A stretch of 32,000 nt of DNA from Candidatus Scalindua sp. (GTDB lineage: Bacteria > Planctomycetota > Brocadiia > Brocadiales > Scalinduaceae). This document shows positions 1 to 8,759 of the stretch, piece after piece. The notes beneath the pieces are model-generated. The model did not search any database. It worked only from the letters and a program-made list of their open reading frames with translations, and had not been told where the DNA came from. The position numbers and the translations under genes are program-made. The DNA is taken from NCBI GenBank assembly GCA_031316235.1, contig JALDRA010000001.1:3840001-3872000 (forward strand), given 5' to 3'. Within the stretch, counting starts at the first letter, position 1. The number at the start of each line of letters is the position of its first letter.

Positions 1-1
1 G

Positions 2-454
2 GTAATACTGGCAGAGGAAGGGTTGACATACGCAGACAGATCAATTGAATTGAAGAAGGATTTTTCTGAATCACATCGGGTGAAGGGGGCCCTTTTGTCG
101 AACAAGATCTCCGGTATGGTTTCAGGGATGAGAAACGGGAAACTGGCTGAGGAGGAGATAACACATGCGCTCAAGATTGACAATAAGAATATCATGGCTC
201 AGATTGAGAATGCAAGAATGTTTATCAATAAGCCCAGGATTCTCGGAGGGAATACTCAGAAGGGAATCGAGATCCTTACTACTGTCATAAAGGATTTTCC
301 CGGATTGGAAAAAGGATACCTCAATCTGGGTATTGTCTATTATGAAAATGGTAAAGAGGAATTGGCAGTGGACACATTTAAAAAGCTGCTGGAAATTAAT
401 CCTGACAATCCGGAAGCCAGATATTTCGTTAACCATCTTACCATATTGAAATAA
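2..454 (+). CDS. TPR-repeat protein, 5'-partial (frame open to the window edge)
   Basis: The frame has no stop back to nt 2, and the listed TTG at 23 is probably internal. The C-terminal sequence GYLNLGIVYYENGKEELAVDTFKKLLEINPDNPEARY is a typical TPR pair. Confidence 0.6.
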   Translation, partial: VILAEEGLTYADRSIELKKDFSESHRVKGALLSNKISGMVSGMRNGKLAEEEITHALKIDNKNIMAQIENARMFINKPRILGGNTQKGIEILTTVIKDFPGLEKGYLNLGIVYYENGKEELAVDTFKKLLEINPDNPEARYFVNHLTILK

Positions 455-468
455 GGGATAATCCTGAC

Positions 469-1779
469 ATGCAAAAAAAACAACCGTATATCGGGCCGGA
501 AGAGATCATACGCAAGAAGAGGGAATTTCTGATTCCCTGTGTTTACCATTTTTATCAGAAACCCATGCAGATTGTCCGGGGAGAGGGGCAGTATCTGTTT
601 GACCATCAGGGAAAACGCTATCTCGATTTCTATGGTGGTGTCTCTGTCCTCAATGCAGGCCATTGCCATCCAGAAATTACCGCTAAAATCTGCCAGCAGG
701 TAAATACACTGCAGCATACGACCACTATCTATTTAACACAACCGATTGTTGATCTTGCTGAAAAAGTAGCACAGATTACTCCAGGAAATTTAAAGAAAAG
801 TTTCTTCTGCGCCAGTGGGTCTGAGGCTAATGAGGGGGCACTTTTGATCTCCCAGCTCTATACGGGAAAACATGAGTTCCTGGCGCTCTCACACGGTCTC
901 CATGGAAGAACGAAGCTGTCTATGAGTGTTACGGGGTTAAAATTCTGGCGTACCGATTCTCATCCGGTTGGAGGAATCAGTTTCGTACCCAACGCATATT
1001 GCTATCGTTGTGTTTTCAATCGTATGTATCCTGATTGTGACATCGAATGTGCGAAACAGATTAAAAATGTTATTGAAACATCTACTTCAGGAGAGGTTGC
1101 CGCACTTATTGTTGAACCGATTCAGGGCAATGGGGGTATCATCACACCGCCTCAAGAATACTTCACCGTTATGAAGGAAATTCTGGATACATATGGAATA
1201 TTACTTATCGTGGACGAGATACAGACAGGGTTTGGTCGAACGGGAAAGATGTTTGCCATTGAGCATACGGGGGTAGAACCGGATATTTTGACATTTGCCA
1301 AGTCTATTGCAAATGGAACCCCTGCAGGGGGATTTATCACGAATGATGATATTTCCTCATCCTACAAGAGACCCGGTGCTTCAACATTTGGTGGAAATCC
1401 CGTTACCTCTGTTGCAGCCCTTGCTACTCTGGAAGTAATCGAAAAATATGGATTGATCCAAAATGCCGAAATAATGGGGGCATATCTTACCGATTCATTG
1501 AAAGGGCTTCAGGAGAGACATCCAATAATTGGTGATGTTCGCGGAAAAGGACTGATGGTAGGAGCGGAATTGATTGGAAATGCGAAAGAGCCTGCAGCAA
1601 TGGAGACCGACGTAATCCTTGAATACATGAAAGACAGGGGGGCACTTATAGGAAAGACAGGGGCAGGACGAAATGTCCTGACATTTCAACCCTCATTGAT
1701 AATTTCGAAGGAGAACATAGACGAGATAATTGAAATTCTTGATGACGCGCTGGCCTGTGTCACAACGAAAAGAGGATAA
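469..1779 (+). CDS. Class-III PLP-dependent aminotransferase (acetylornithine/GABA/ornithine-type; substrate not assignable)
   Basis: 436-aa ORF with family hallmarks SGSEANEGA, LIVDEIQTGFGRTGKMFA and FAKSIANG (Schiff-base Lys). Confidence 0.9.
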   Translation: MQKKQPYIGPEEIIRKKREFLIPCVYHFYQKPMQIVRGEGQYLFDHQGKRYLDFYGGVSVLNAGHCHPEITAKICQQVNTLQHTTTIYLTQPIVDLAEKVAQITPGNLKKSFFCASGSEANEGALLISQLYTGKHEFLALSHGLHGRTKLSMSVTGLKFWRTDSHPVGGISFVPNAYCYRCVFNRMYPDCDIECAKQIKNVIETSTSGEVAALIVEPIQGNGGIITPPQEYFTVMKEILDTYGILLIVDEIQTGFGRTGKMFAIEHTGVEPDILTFAKSIANGTPAGGFITNDDISSSYKRPGASTFGGNPVTSVAALATLEVIEKYGLIQNAEIMGAYLTDSLKGLQERHPIIGDVRGKGLMVGAELIGNAKEPAAMETDVILEYMKDRGALIGKTGAGRNVLTFQPSLIISKENIDEIIEILDDALACVTTKRG

Positions 1780-1830
1780 AGGAGTCCGACCCTGAATAGA
1801 ATTTACAGAAGAAATAATTGGTTTTCGAAT

Positions 1831-2472
1831 ATGAAAGACTGGTTTGAAGAACGATACCAGCTTAGAGAAATCATAGAGATAAATGTAACGAAGAAACTGA
1901 TACCAAAGGGTCTTAGTTGGTTTGGCTGTATGGGTGGATTGGCATTCGTAGCATTTCTGCTCCAGGTTGGAACTGGCGTTTTCCTCGTATTTCATTACGT
2001 ACCTGCCGTGAGTGAGGCATTTAACAGCGTTCAATATATAAGACATGCGGTTCCCTATGGATGGTTACTGCAAAAAGCCCACGCCGTGATTCCACATTTT
2101 ATGGTCTCGCTTGTATTCGCACACATGGTAAGGATTTTGTTTAAGGGAATCTACAAAAAACCGAGAGAGCTGCACTGGGTATCTGGAGCTTTACTACTGA
2201 TACTAACGCTCATGATAGCGTATACGGGTACATTTCTCCCAGCGAATAGTTTATCGTATTGGGGCGTAAGCGCTTCAGGGAGTGAGGCAGCTATGCCAAC
2301 AGTGGTAACCGATCATCATGTGGGTGCATATCAGGATGGAGGAACCATATCAAATCAGACATTTATTTTGATATATGCATTACACATCGCAGGTATCCCG
2401 ATCATTATGTCTCTCTTTATGGGAGTTCACTTTTTCATGATAAGGAGAACGGGAATTTCGGAACCATTATAA
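1831..2472 (+). CDS. b6-type cytochrome b (PetB-like N-terminal half of cytochrome b)
   Basis: 213 aa. The helix-B His pair lies in AHAVIPHFMVSLVFAHMVR. The helix-D His pair lies in LHIAGIPIIMSLFMGVHFFMIRRTGISEPL, and the protein ends as PetB does (HF.MIR..GIS.PL-stop). Cys33 sits in WFGCMGG. Confidence 0.9.
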   Translation: MKDWFEERYQLREIIEINVTKKLIPKGLSWFGCMGGLAFVAFLLQVGTGVFLVFHYVPAVSEAFNSVQYIRHAVPYGWLLQKAHAVIPHFMVSLVFAHMVRILFKGIYKKPRELHWVSGALLLILTLMIAYTGTFLPANSLSYWGVSASGSEAAMPTVVTDHHVGAYQDGGTISNQTFILIYALHIAGIPIIMSLFMGVHFFMIRRTGISEPL

Positions 2473-2515
2473 ATCGATTGTATGAAGAAATTCAATCCCT
2501 GCCCTTCCCGGGTAA

Positions 2516-2932
2516 ATGCATAAATGGCGTACAATGGTAGATTATCGCAAAGGACGAAGTAAAGAAGAGTTGGAACCGTTTTTCCCCAACGAGATACTCA
2601 GGCATACGATACTAACGTTTTTCCTGATTAGTGCGGTACTGGTTGGAGTCATCATCCTTCCTGAGTCGTTTCAGAAATCAATTGATGAATATGCCACGTT
2701 TCAGACCAGGCCGCCCTGGTACCTGCTCCCATTTTACCAATTATCATTTCTTGTCACGAGTAAGGCCTTGTATATTACGGCACTGGTAGTTTCTGCATTG
2801 TTATTTGTCGCTGTCCCTTTTCTTGACAGGGATGTAACGAGATGTTTGTGGAAAAAACCTGTTTTTCTTTCTCTTGTGATTCTGAGTTTATCAATGTTCA
2901 TCTTCCTGGGACTCATGTGTTTCTTCAAATAA
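2516..2932 (+). CDS. Cytochrome b C-terminal half / subunit IV (PetD-like)
   Basis: 138 aa with three predicted TM helices. PPWYLLPFYQL is the equivalent of the PEWY loop. The gene starts 43 nt downstream of the b6-like gene. The start could instead be the internal Met at 2534. Confidence 0.75.
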   Translation: MHKWRTMVDYRKGRSKEELEPFFPNEILRHTILTFFLISAVLVGVIILPESFQKSIDEYATFQTRPPWYLLPFYQLSFLVTSKALYITALVVSALLFVAVPFLDRDVTRCLWKKPVFLSLVILSLSMFIFLGLMCFFK

Positions 2933-2951
2933 AAAGATGGTTGAATGATGT

Positions 2952-3956
2952 ATGTGTACTAAATCGATTTTAATAATACTTATAACAAAGCTTCTGATTG
3001 CAGGTGTCATCCTGTCTTCAGGATGCCAAATGAACATATATCCGGAACTTGTAAAAAGGGGAGCTGCGTTTCCCGGATCAGAGAGATGTGGTGATTGTCA
3101 TATTGCCATTTACAAAGAGTGGGCTGATTCTCTGCATGCACAAAGTTATGTGAACGAGGAATTCAGAACTTCTTCAGGTGATTATGAGTTTCAATTCTGT
3201 TTGAGCTGCCATGTGCCGGAGACTGTTCTGACTGAATCTCAGGAAATCAAACCCAGGAGTCATAATGTAGAAGACGGGGTTGATTGCCAAGGGTGTCACC
3301 TCACATCAGATTGTTACCTTTCCGGCCCGCATTCAGGAATTGGTCCCCATCCAATAAAGAAGAATGAAGCATTGTACAAAGATAGCAAACTTTGTGGTAA
3401 GTGTCATATTGGTACATACGAGGAATATTTAAGATATGTAAATGATGAGAAGAAAGAGACGTGCCAGGATTGCCACATGCCCGCTGTTAAAAGGAAACTG
3501 ATACAAGATGAGCCGTGGCAGAAAATACACAAAAGAAAGGAGGGGAAGGCTCATACGTTCTCTCGCGCGGATGCTATGGAAGCTCATAAAGATTTTGTCG
3601 AATTATCATTTTCTGAAATAAAGAAAACCGATAATCTCATTGCCGGGAGGGTAAAAATTCGAAATATTTTAATCACACACTCTGTTCCTACCGGAGACTA
3701 CGGATACAGGGAGGTTCTTTTACTCATAAACCTCAAGAACAATTTTGGAAGAATAGTCCGGTCCCGGCATGAAAGCATGTTTGTGGAACTCGGCACACAA
3801 CTCAAGCCCATGGAGAAGAGGGAATACTTTTTCAGCTTTGCAATTGATGAGATTGCTGAAGAGATTACCGATCTGGAAGCCATCCTCTATAGAACAGACT
3901 TCAAACGGACAAACAAAACAGTACTTGCAAAAGCAGGGTTATCTGTTGACAACTAA
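2952..3956 (+). CDS. Pentahaem cytochrome c, probable lipoprotein or secreted protein
   Basis: Five CXXCH motifs (CGDCH, CLSCH, CQGCH, CGKCH, CQDCH). N-terminal hydrophobic segment ending LSSGC. CGDCHIAIYKEWADSLHA resembles the c554/multihaem family. Confidence 0.85.
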   Translation: MCTKSILIILITKLLIAGVILSSGCQMNIYPELVKRGAAFPGSERCGDCHIAIYKEWADSLHAQSYVNEEFRTSSGDYEFQFCLSCHVPETVLTESQEIKPRSHNVEDGVDCQGCHLTSDCYLSGPHSGIGPHPIKKNEALYKDSKLCGKCHIGTYEEYLRYVNDEKKETCQDCHMPAVKRKLIQDEPWQKIHKRKEGKAHTFSRADAMEAHKDFVELSFSEIKKTDNLIAGRVKIRNILITHSVPTGDYGYREVLLLINLKNNFGRIVRSRHESMFVELGTQLKPMEKREYFFSFAIDEIAEEITDLEAILYRTDFKRTNKTVLAKAGLSVDN

Positions 3957-3969
3957 ACCAGTAAATTGT

Positions 3970-5313
3970 ATGGATGAAATTAAAAATCAAAAGAGCGTCA
4001 TAATACTATCGGTGATAGCAATTATCAGTTTCGCATGCTGTATCTCTCTCGTTAAGATTGCGGCAGACAGGCCGGAATCTTCTGAATTCTGTGCACGCTG
4101 TCACAGTATGGAACCGTTTTTCACGTCGTGGAAAGAGACAGTAGCATGTAATGCCGGGTGCCTGGATTGTCACACTCATGACAAAAGCGGTAGGACCCTG
4201 TCCGTTGAAATGGAAGATAAGAACTGCACTGCCACAGAGTGTCACCCCATAGAGAACCTCATTTCTCATCCTTCTCAATTTGCAGATACTCTCTCTTTTC
4301 TTCATACTACTCATATAAAAGAGTATGATTCAAATCTCAGGTTGAAATGTACCGGGTGCCATTCGTATACGGGCCGAGAGGGGAGGGAGGGGGGTGAAAT
4401 CAGCCATTTCAGCATAGATACAAATTCTTGTTTTATCTGTCATTTTACTAATGGCAGCAGACATTCCTTCCCGGAAACTCAAGAGTCTTCGGCAATCGAC
4501 GACTGCATTTTGTGTCATGTTGATGTTCAGGTAAAGATGGATATTTACGGTAAAGTATTTGACCATTTAAAATATGAGAAAGAGCTCAGGATAGCATGTA
4601 ACAACTGTCATTTTGAGACTGTACAGGGGAATGGGGGGGTTGAACGTAAAAGCTGCTACTATTGTCATACAAAGATTCCGGAAGGATATACCGGGGCTGC
4701 AAGGATGCACAAAGATCATGTAAAAGATCATAAAGTTCCCTGTTCTCCCTGTCATAACCCAATAATACATAAGTGGGAAGATGAATATGCAGGTTTTGAT
4801 TTTACCGATAGTGATCTGAAGGCAGGAGAGCAATTAAAGACTTCCCGTGGGGAGAGTACTATAAAACCGACTGCTCCACCGGTGAGTCAGAGCGGAAGAG
4901 ATATTTTCGATACCGTACCCTACCGGGTACAAAAAGAGATCTATAAAGGTTTTGGCGGGAAAGGGATAACAGGGATTCCAGATCCCATGTTTCTTGCAGC
5001 GGTAAACTGTATTGCCTGTCACAGGGATAAAGGTCTCGTGGTAGAGCCGGCGATATGTAACACCTGCCACGAAAGGGGGTTTGACACTATTATGAAGGAA
5101 CAGAAGGTATTTGTTTCCCGTATGGTAAAGACCTTGTCAGAATTAATCAAAGAGTCACGGAAACAAGGGGTTCCAAATGAGCTGACTGACACTGCAGCAT
5201 ATAATTATGAATTGATTATGAAGGATGGGAGCTACGGTGTCCATAATATTAAATATATCAAAGATTTGATCGCGTTCAGTATAAATTGTTTAAAGGAAAA
5301 AATGAGTGATTAG
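3970..5313 (+). CDS. Membrane-anchored multihaem cytochrome c with NapC/NirT/NrfH-like N-terminus (10 CXXCH + 1 CX4CH)
   Basis: I place the start at ATG 3970 (MDEIKNQ...), because the listed start at 3769 overlaps the upstream gene. A single N-terminal TM helix is followed by CARCHSMEPFFTSW. There are ten CXXCH motifs plus CTATECH. Confidence 0.85.
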   Translation: MDEIKNQKSVIILSVIAIISFACCISLVKIAADRPESSEFCARCHSMEPFFTSWKETVACNAGCLDCHTHDKSGRTLSVEMEDKNCTATECHPIENLISHPSQFADTLSFLHTTHIKEYDSNLRLKCTGCHSYTGREGREGGEISHFSIDTNSCFICHFTNGSRHSFPETQESSAIDDCILCHVDVQVKMDIYGKVFDHLKYEKELRIACNNCHFETVQGNGGVERKSCYYCHTKIPEGYTGAARMHKDHVKDHKVPCSPCHNPIIHKWEDEYAGFDFTDSDLKAGEQLKTSRGESTIKPTAPPVSQSGRDIFDTVPYRVQKEIYKGFGGKGITGIPDPMFLAAVNCIACHRDKGLVVEPAICNTCHERGFDTIMKEQKVFVSRMVKTLSELIKESRKQGVPNELTDTAAYNYELIMKDGSYGVHNIKYIKDLIAFSINCLKEKMSD

Positions 5314-5445
5314 CCGGATGGAGCATACCGCTTCACAGCTGCTGTATAATCTGATTCTGGAATATCGTTCTTTTTTCTGATTCTCCATCTTATTCAGATT
5401 TACGTGGTTTGGTAACAAATGCTTTTTTAATAAACTGGGGTTTCC

Positions 5446-6615
5446 ATGCGTTTCAGTATTCTGTTCCTGCTGTCTTTATCAATTTTTTTATTTGTCTCAC
5501 TCGAAGAGAAATGGGTTTACGCCATAGAGAGTCAGTGGGAGGCTCCATATGTCACTGTGGCAAGCGGTTCTGCCGTAAATCATGATACCTGTACAGAAAG
5601 GTGTCATGTTGATTTCATGAATTATGAAGTTGAGTTTGAATATGGTGACAAGAGAGAGATTTTCAGGCACGGGAGACATTTACTTGGCCAGGAGATCGAT
5701 TGCATATCGTGTCACGAAGAAAGTATGATCAATACCGATGATGATCATGGAAAATTACTGATTAACCAAGAAGACTGTCTTTCCTGCCATCATGTTGAAT
5801 CTGAAGAGTTGGAATGTAAGACTTGCCACCTGAATATCGATGCCAATCCTATGAAATATAACCGTGAAAGATTTGTTCATGGATTCACGGTGTACGATGG
5901 TGTTGATTGCGGATTGTGTCATCGGCAAGACCCAACCGCTTCATTGAAAAAAGAGATAAACTGCATTAAATGTCACCATACTACACCAGACCTGGATTGT
6001 ATAAAGTGCCACAAGGAAGAGCTGAAAAAATCATTTACCACGGACAGTCTTCGGGCGAAAGAACTTGTATGGAGCGTTGCATTTGACCACTCAGCACATC
6101 CTGAGCAGAAGATCCGATGCGAAGCGTGTCACGTCATTACCGAAAAAAATTACACGGGAATACTGAAATACCGCTTGAATTGCAGCAAGTGCCATCATCT
6201 TTCCGGTGAAGAAATAGACTGCATAAAGTGCCACATAGACCCATTTGAGTTTTCAAGAGGGAAAAAATATGTTGAGGGAGTCGGTGCTGAAGCAGACCTG
6301 ATGTCAGTGGCGGTCACCTGTAAAGATTGTCATAGTCTTGATAATAACTCATTTAAATTTCTCGAAGTCAGGGAAAAATGTGTAGGGTGTCACAATACTG
6401 ATTATGGAGAACTCCATGATGCCTGGATTACATCAATTGGCAGGAGATCAAAGAGGGTTATAAACCATTCAATTTCATTACCGGAAACAGATAAAAACCT
6501 CCTCTCGGTCGTTCAAAAAAATGGGATGCACAATTTTAATCTGGCAGGATTACTCCTCGATTACCTGGAAGGTAAGAGGGGACATGTTCCTGATGAAGTA
6601 AAGCCGGATAAGTAA
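5446..6615 (+). CDS. Periplasmic multihaem cytochrome c (11 CXXCH + 1 CX3CH)
   Basis: Signal peptide MRFSILFLLSLSIFLFVSL. Eleven CXXCH motifs plus CTERCH within 389 aa, a very high haem density. Confidence 0.85.
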   Translation: MRFSILFLLSLSIFLFVSLEEKWVYAIESQWEAPYVTVASGSAVNHDTCTERCHVDFMNYEVEFEYGDKREIFRHGRHLLGQEIDCISCHEESMINTDDDHGKLLINQEDCLSCHHVESEELECKTCHLNIDANPMKYNRERFVHGFTVYDGVDCGLCHRQDPTASLKKEINCIKCHHTTPDLDCIKCHKEELKKSFTTDSLRAKELVWSVAFDHSAHPEQKIRCEACHVITEKNYTGILKYRLNCSKCHHLSGEEIDCIKCHIDPFEFSRGKKYVEGVGAEADLMSVAVTCKDCHSLDNNSFKFLEVREKCVGCHNTDYGELHDAWITSIGRRSKRVINHSISLPETDKNLLSVVQKNGMHNFNLAGLLLDYLEGKRGHVPDEVKPDK

Positions 6616-6722
6616 TTTGAGAACAGATGAGCATCTCTCCTCAGCCCCATTTAGCCTGAAGACTCGGCGTGAGACGTTTTTTAGCGTTATCCCTGACCAG
6701 TCATACCTCCTTTACCTTTCAA

Positions 6723-6738
6723 TCTCTCTCTCTCTCTC
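6723..6738. repeat. (TC)8 dinucleotide microsatellite in an intergenic region
   Basis: Read directly: tctctctctctctctc at 6723-6738. A shorter caatctctctct recurs near 6801. Confidence 0.9.
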
Positions 6739-7162
6739 TGTAAACAAATGAAATAGTCAAAATAACCGATAACCATAATGAGTGTAAAACGAAAGATCGT
6801 TCAATCTCTCTCTACGGTACGGCGTGACGTATGAAAAAATAGAGAGGCCTGGTTTATCATTCTACATTGTGGAAACTATTGTTGTCTTTATATCAACAAA
6901 ATATGACACATCGTAAGGTACTATTTTTCAGGGAGCCTGGGGATGATTAACCCAAGTGTCATGATATCAAGGTTTTGTAATGTATTAAAAAAATATTACG
7001 TATCTTGGTACGGTATCTGCCTTAAAGACCTGCATCTTGATCAGGAAGATGACAAAGAAACAGTTATGCGTTATTGAATATTGTTGATAACACGAAATTC
7101 TGCCCAATGTATTTATTAATGAGTAACAAAAAAGGAGTTTCTTATTAAAAAGGAGGTAAGAA

Positions 7163-7813
7163 ATGAAAATTATTAAGTGTCTTACAGTTGGATTATTACT
7201 ATTAGTTTGCATGAGTAAGGTCAGTACCGCAGCATCTATTCTTTACGATTTTACGGGAGCTAACACTGGTACGCACGAATCACTTAACCTTACTGTGGAT
7301 GGAGTTGCTGTGAATGTTACTGCATGGGCAAATTTGAGCGCTGAGGATAGTCCCAGCTCATGGTTCCAGGTGATTGGTCAAAATGCCGGTGTTTATGATG
7401 GATCAACAGGATTAGGGGTACAATTAGGAGATGGATTTGACCATAACTCTGTGGATGGTCAGAGCGGCCCTGCCGATGGCATTGACCATGATGAAGGTTT
7501 GTTATTTGTATTTTCAAATCCAATCAATCTGAAATCAGTAAATTTCGGGCAATGGGGACTGAAAGATGACTTTAATCTTACTATCGATGGAGTTGACATA
7601 TTCCAAGATAATGCAAGTGACCCCTTTGTAGCTTCTTATACCGGAACCAACTTTTTAATATGGGCAGATGGAAATTCTGATCAATTTAGAATCCAGGAGT
7701 TAACCGTCGAACCTGTTCCGGAACCTGCTACGATCGCTATTCTCGGTATCGGACTGGCGGGTATTCTGGGCGGAACCGCACGGCGGAGGTTGAAAAAAGC
7801 TAAAGTCTCATAA
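7163..7813 (+). CDS. PEP-CTERM sorting-domain secreted protein
   Basis: AAAGGAGG lies 6 nt upstream of the ATG. Signal peptide MKIIKCLTVGLLLLVCMSKVSTAAS. C-terminal VPEPATIAILGIGLAGILGGTARRRLKK gives the PEP motif, a TM helix and a basic tail. Confidence 0.85.
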   Translation: MKIIKCLTVGLLLLVCMSKVSTAASILYDFTGANTGTHESLNLTVDGVAVNVTAWANLSAEDSPSSWFQVIGQNAGVYDGSTGLGVQLGDGFDHNSVDGQSGPADGIDHDEGLLFVFSNPINLKSVNFGQWGLKDDFNLTIDGVDIFQDNASDPFVASYTGTNFLIWADGNSDQFRIQELTVEPVPEPATIAILGIGLAGILGGTARRRLKKAKVS

Positions 7814-7867
7814 AAGCGGTAATAATCTATTGATACGTCATTAAGCCGGTTGGCACACCATCCATTC

Positions 7868-7911
7868 ACCTGCACTCTTCATATCCTGGGGAGTGCAGGT
7901 CTGTTTTTTTT
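7868..7911 (+). terminator. Rho-independent terminator downstream of the PEP-CTERM gene
   Basis: Perfect 10-bp stem, acctgcactc (7868-7877) pairing with gagtgcaggt (7891-7900), followed by a T8 run. Confidence 0.7.
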
Positions 7912-8020
7912 GTCATTTCTCAACACACGTATTTTTCATCGAATCTTTTCCACTTGCATGAATACTCCCGATAGTATAAATCAGAGCATAAAATGATGGT
8001 TCTGGTATATTTCCGTCAAA

Positions 8021-8079
8021 TATACTCGCTCAATTTTATCTCGGATTTTATCCGAAAACCATTATGCGATGACTATATC
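8021..8079 (-). repeat. Half copy (first hairpin module) of the ~115-bp structured repeat family
   Basis: tatactcgctcaattttatctcggattttatccgaaaacc...gactatatc aligns with 24160-24217 of the full copy. Confidence 0.75.
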
Positions 8080-8257
8080 AATTGGATCCCAAAAAGAAAA
8101 TGAGAGCAGTCAGAATAGAGCTCTGGAAAAAAGGAAAAGCGTGATTCGATAAAAAAAACAGCAAACATAACATAAGATATATTATCAGACGTTAAGAATT
8201 TTGAATATTTCCACTTTTTCACGATATTGGTGGTTGGCTTCATGCGATCGTTATGCC

Positions 8258-8546
8258 TTAATTTTTTACTAACTTTATCTCTAAATGACAATCTAAAGCT
8301 TTCGCATATTTTTTGATTGTATCAAGTGATGGTGAATGTTTTCCACTACTGAGTGACGATTCAAGCCTTGTAACTGAAGGAGATTTGGTTTCCCATACGT
8401 TCAGCAATTTGAGCTTGACTTAGACCGGCTTTTTGACGAGCAAGAAGCATTTCACGAAGTAAAGTAAACTCTGGTTCTAGTGCATCGTATTCTGCTTTTA
8501 CTTTTGGTTTACTTAGTGCAACTTTTTTTAATTTATTATGAGTCAT
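8258..8546 (-). pseudogene. HigA-like XRE-family HTH antitoxin, frameshifted
   Basis: The ORF 8546->8361 ends ...AGLSQAQIAERMGNQISFSYKA-stop. Removing one A from the AAA run (TTT at 8389-8391 on +) restores MGTKSPSVTRLESSLSSGKHSPSLDTIKKYAKALDCHLEIKLVKN, with the stop at 8258-8260. That is the canonical C-terminus of this antitoxin family. Confidence 0.7.
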
Positions 8547-8737
8547 TCTTAATTACCTCTTTCATACGCTTAATAGCAATATTTAATTCTTTTTTTGGCA
8601 TTTTTTGTGATTTCTTAATGAACACATGAAGCATAATAATTCTTTTGCCAATTTTAGTGCAATAAAAAACACGAGCAATGCCCTCTTTTCCTTTTACACG
8701 TAATTCAAATAAACCGTTGTTCAGTGATGATGTAAAG
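8536..8737 (-). pseudogene. RelE/ParE-superfamily (Gp49/HigB-like) toxin, 5'-truncated remnant
   Basis: Only the C-terminal ~65 aa of the family is present (..LNNGLFELRVKGKEGIARVFYCTKIGKRIIMLHVFIKKSQKMPKKELNIAIKRMKE). The upstream residues in the listed ORF are read-through of GC-rich foreign DNA. It overlaps the antitoxin start by 11 nt. Confidence 0.65.
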
Positions 8738-8759
8738 GACGTCGCCGTGCCTGCACTTG

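Noticed and set aside
3769-3969. Upstream extension of the 11-site cytochrome ORF (listed start 3769)
   Set aside because: The extension overlaps the 3' end of the pentahaem gene in another frame and encodes no signal or TM segment. The ATG at 3970 gives a typical NrfH-like TM anchor.
8073-8291. 72-aa ORF on the - strand
   Set aside because: It overlaps the out-of-frame 3' part of the frameshifted higA-like gene and then runs into a repeat half copy. It has no RBS or motifs.
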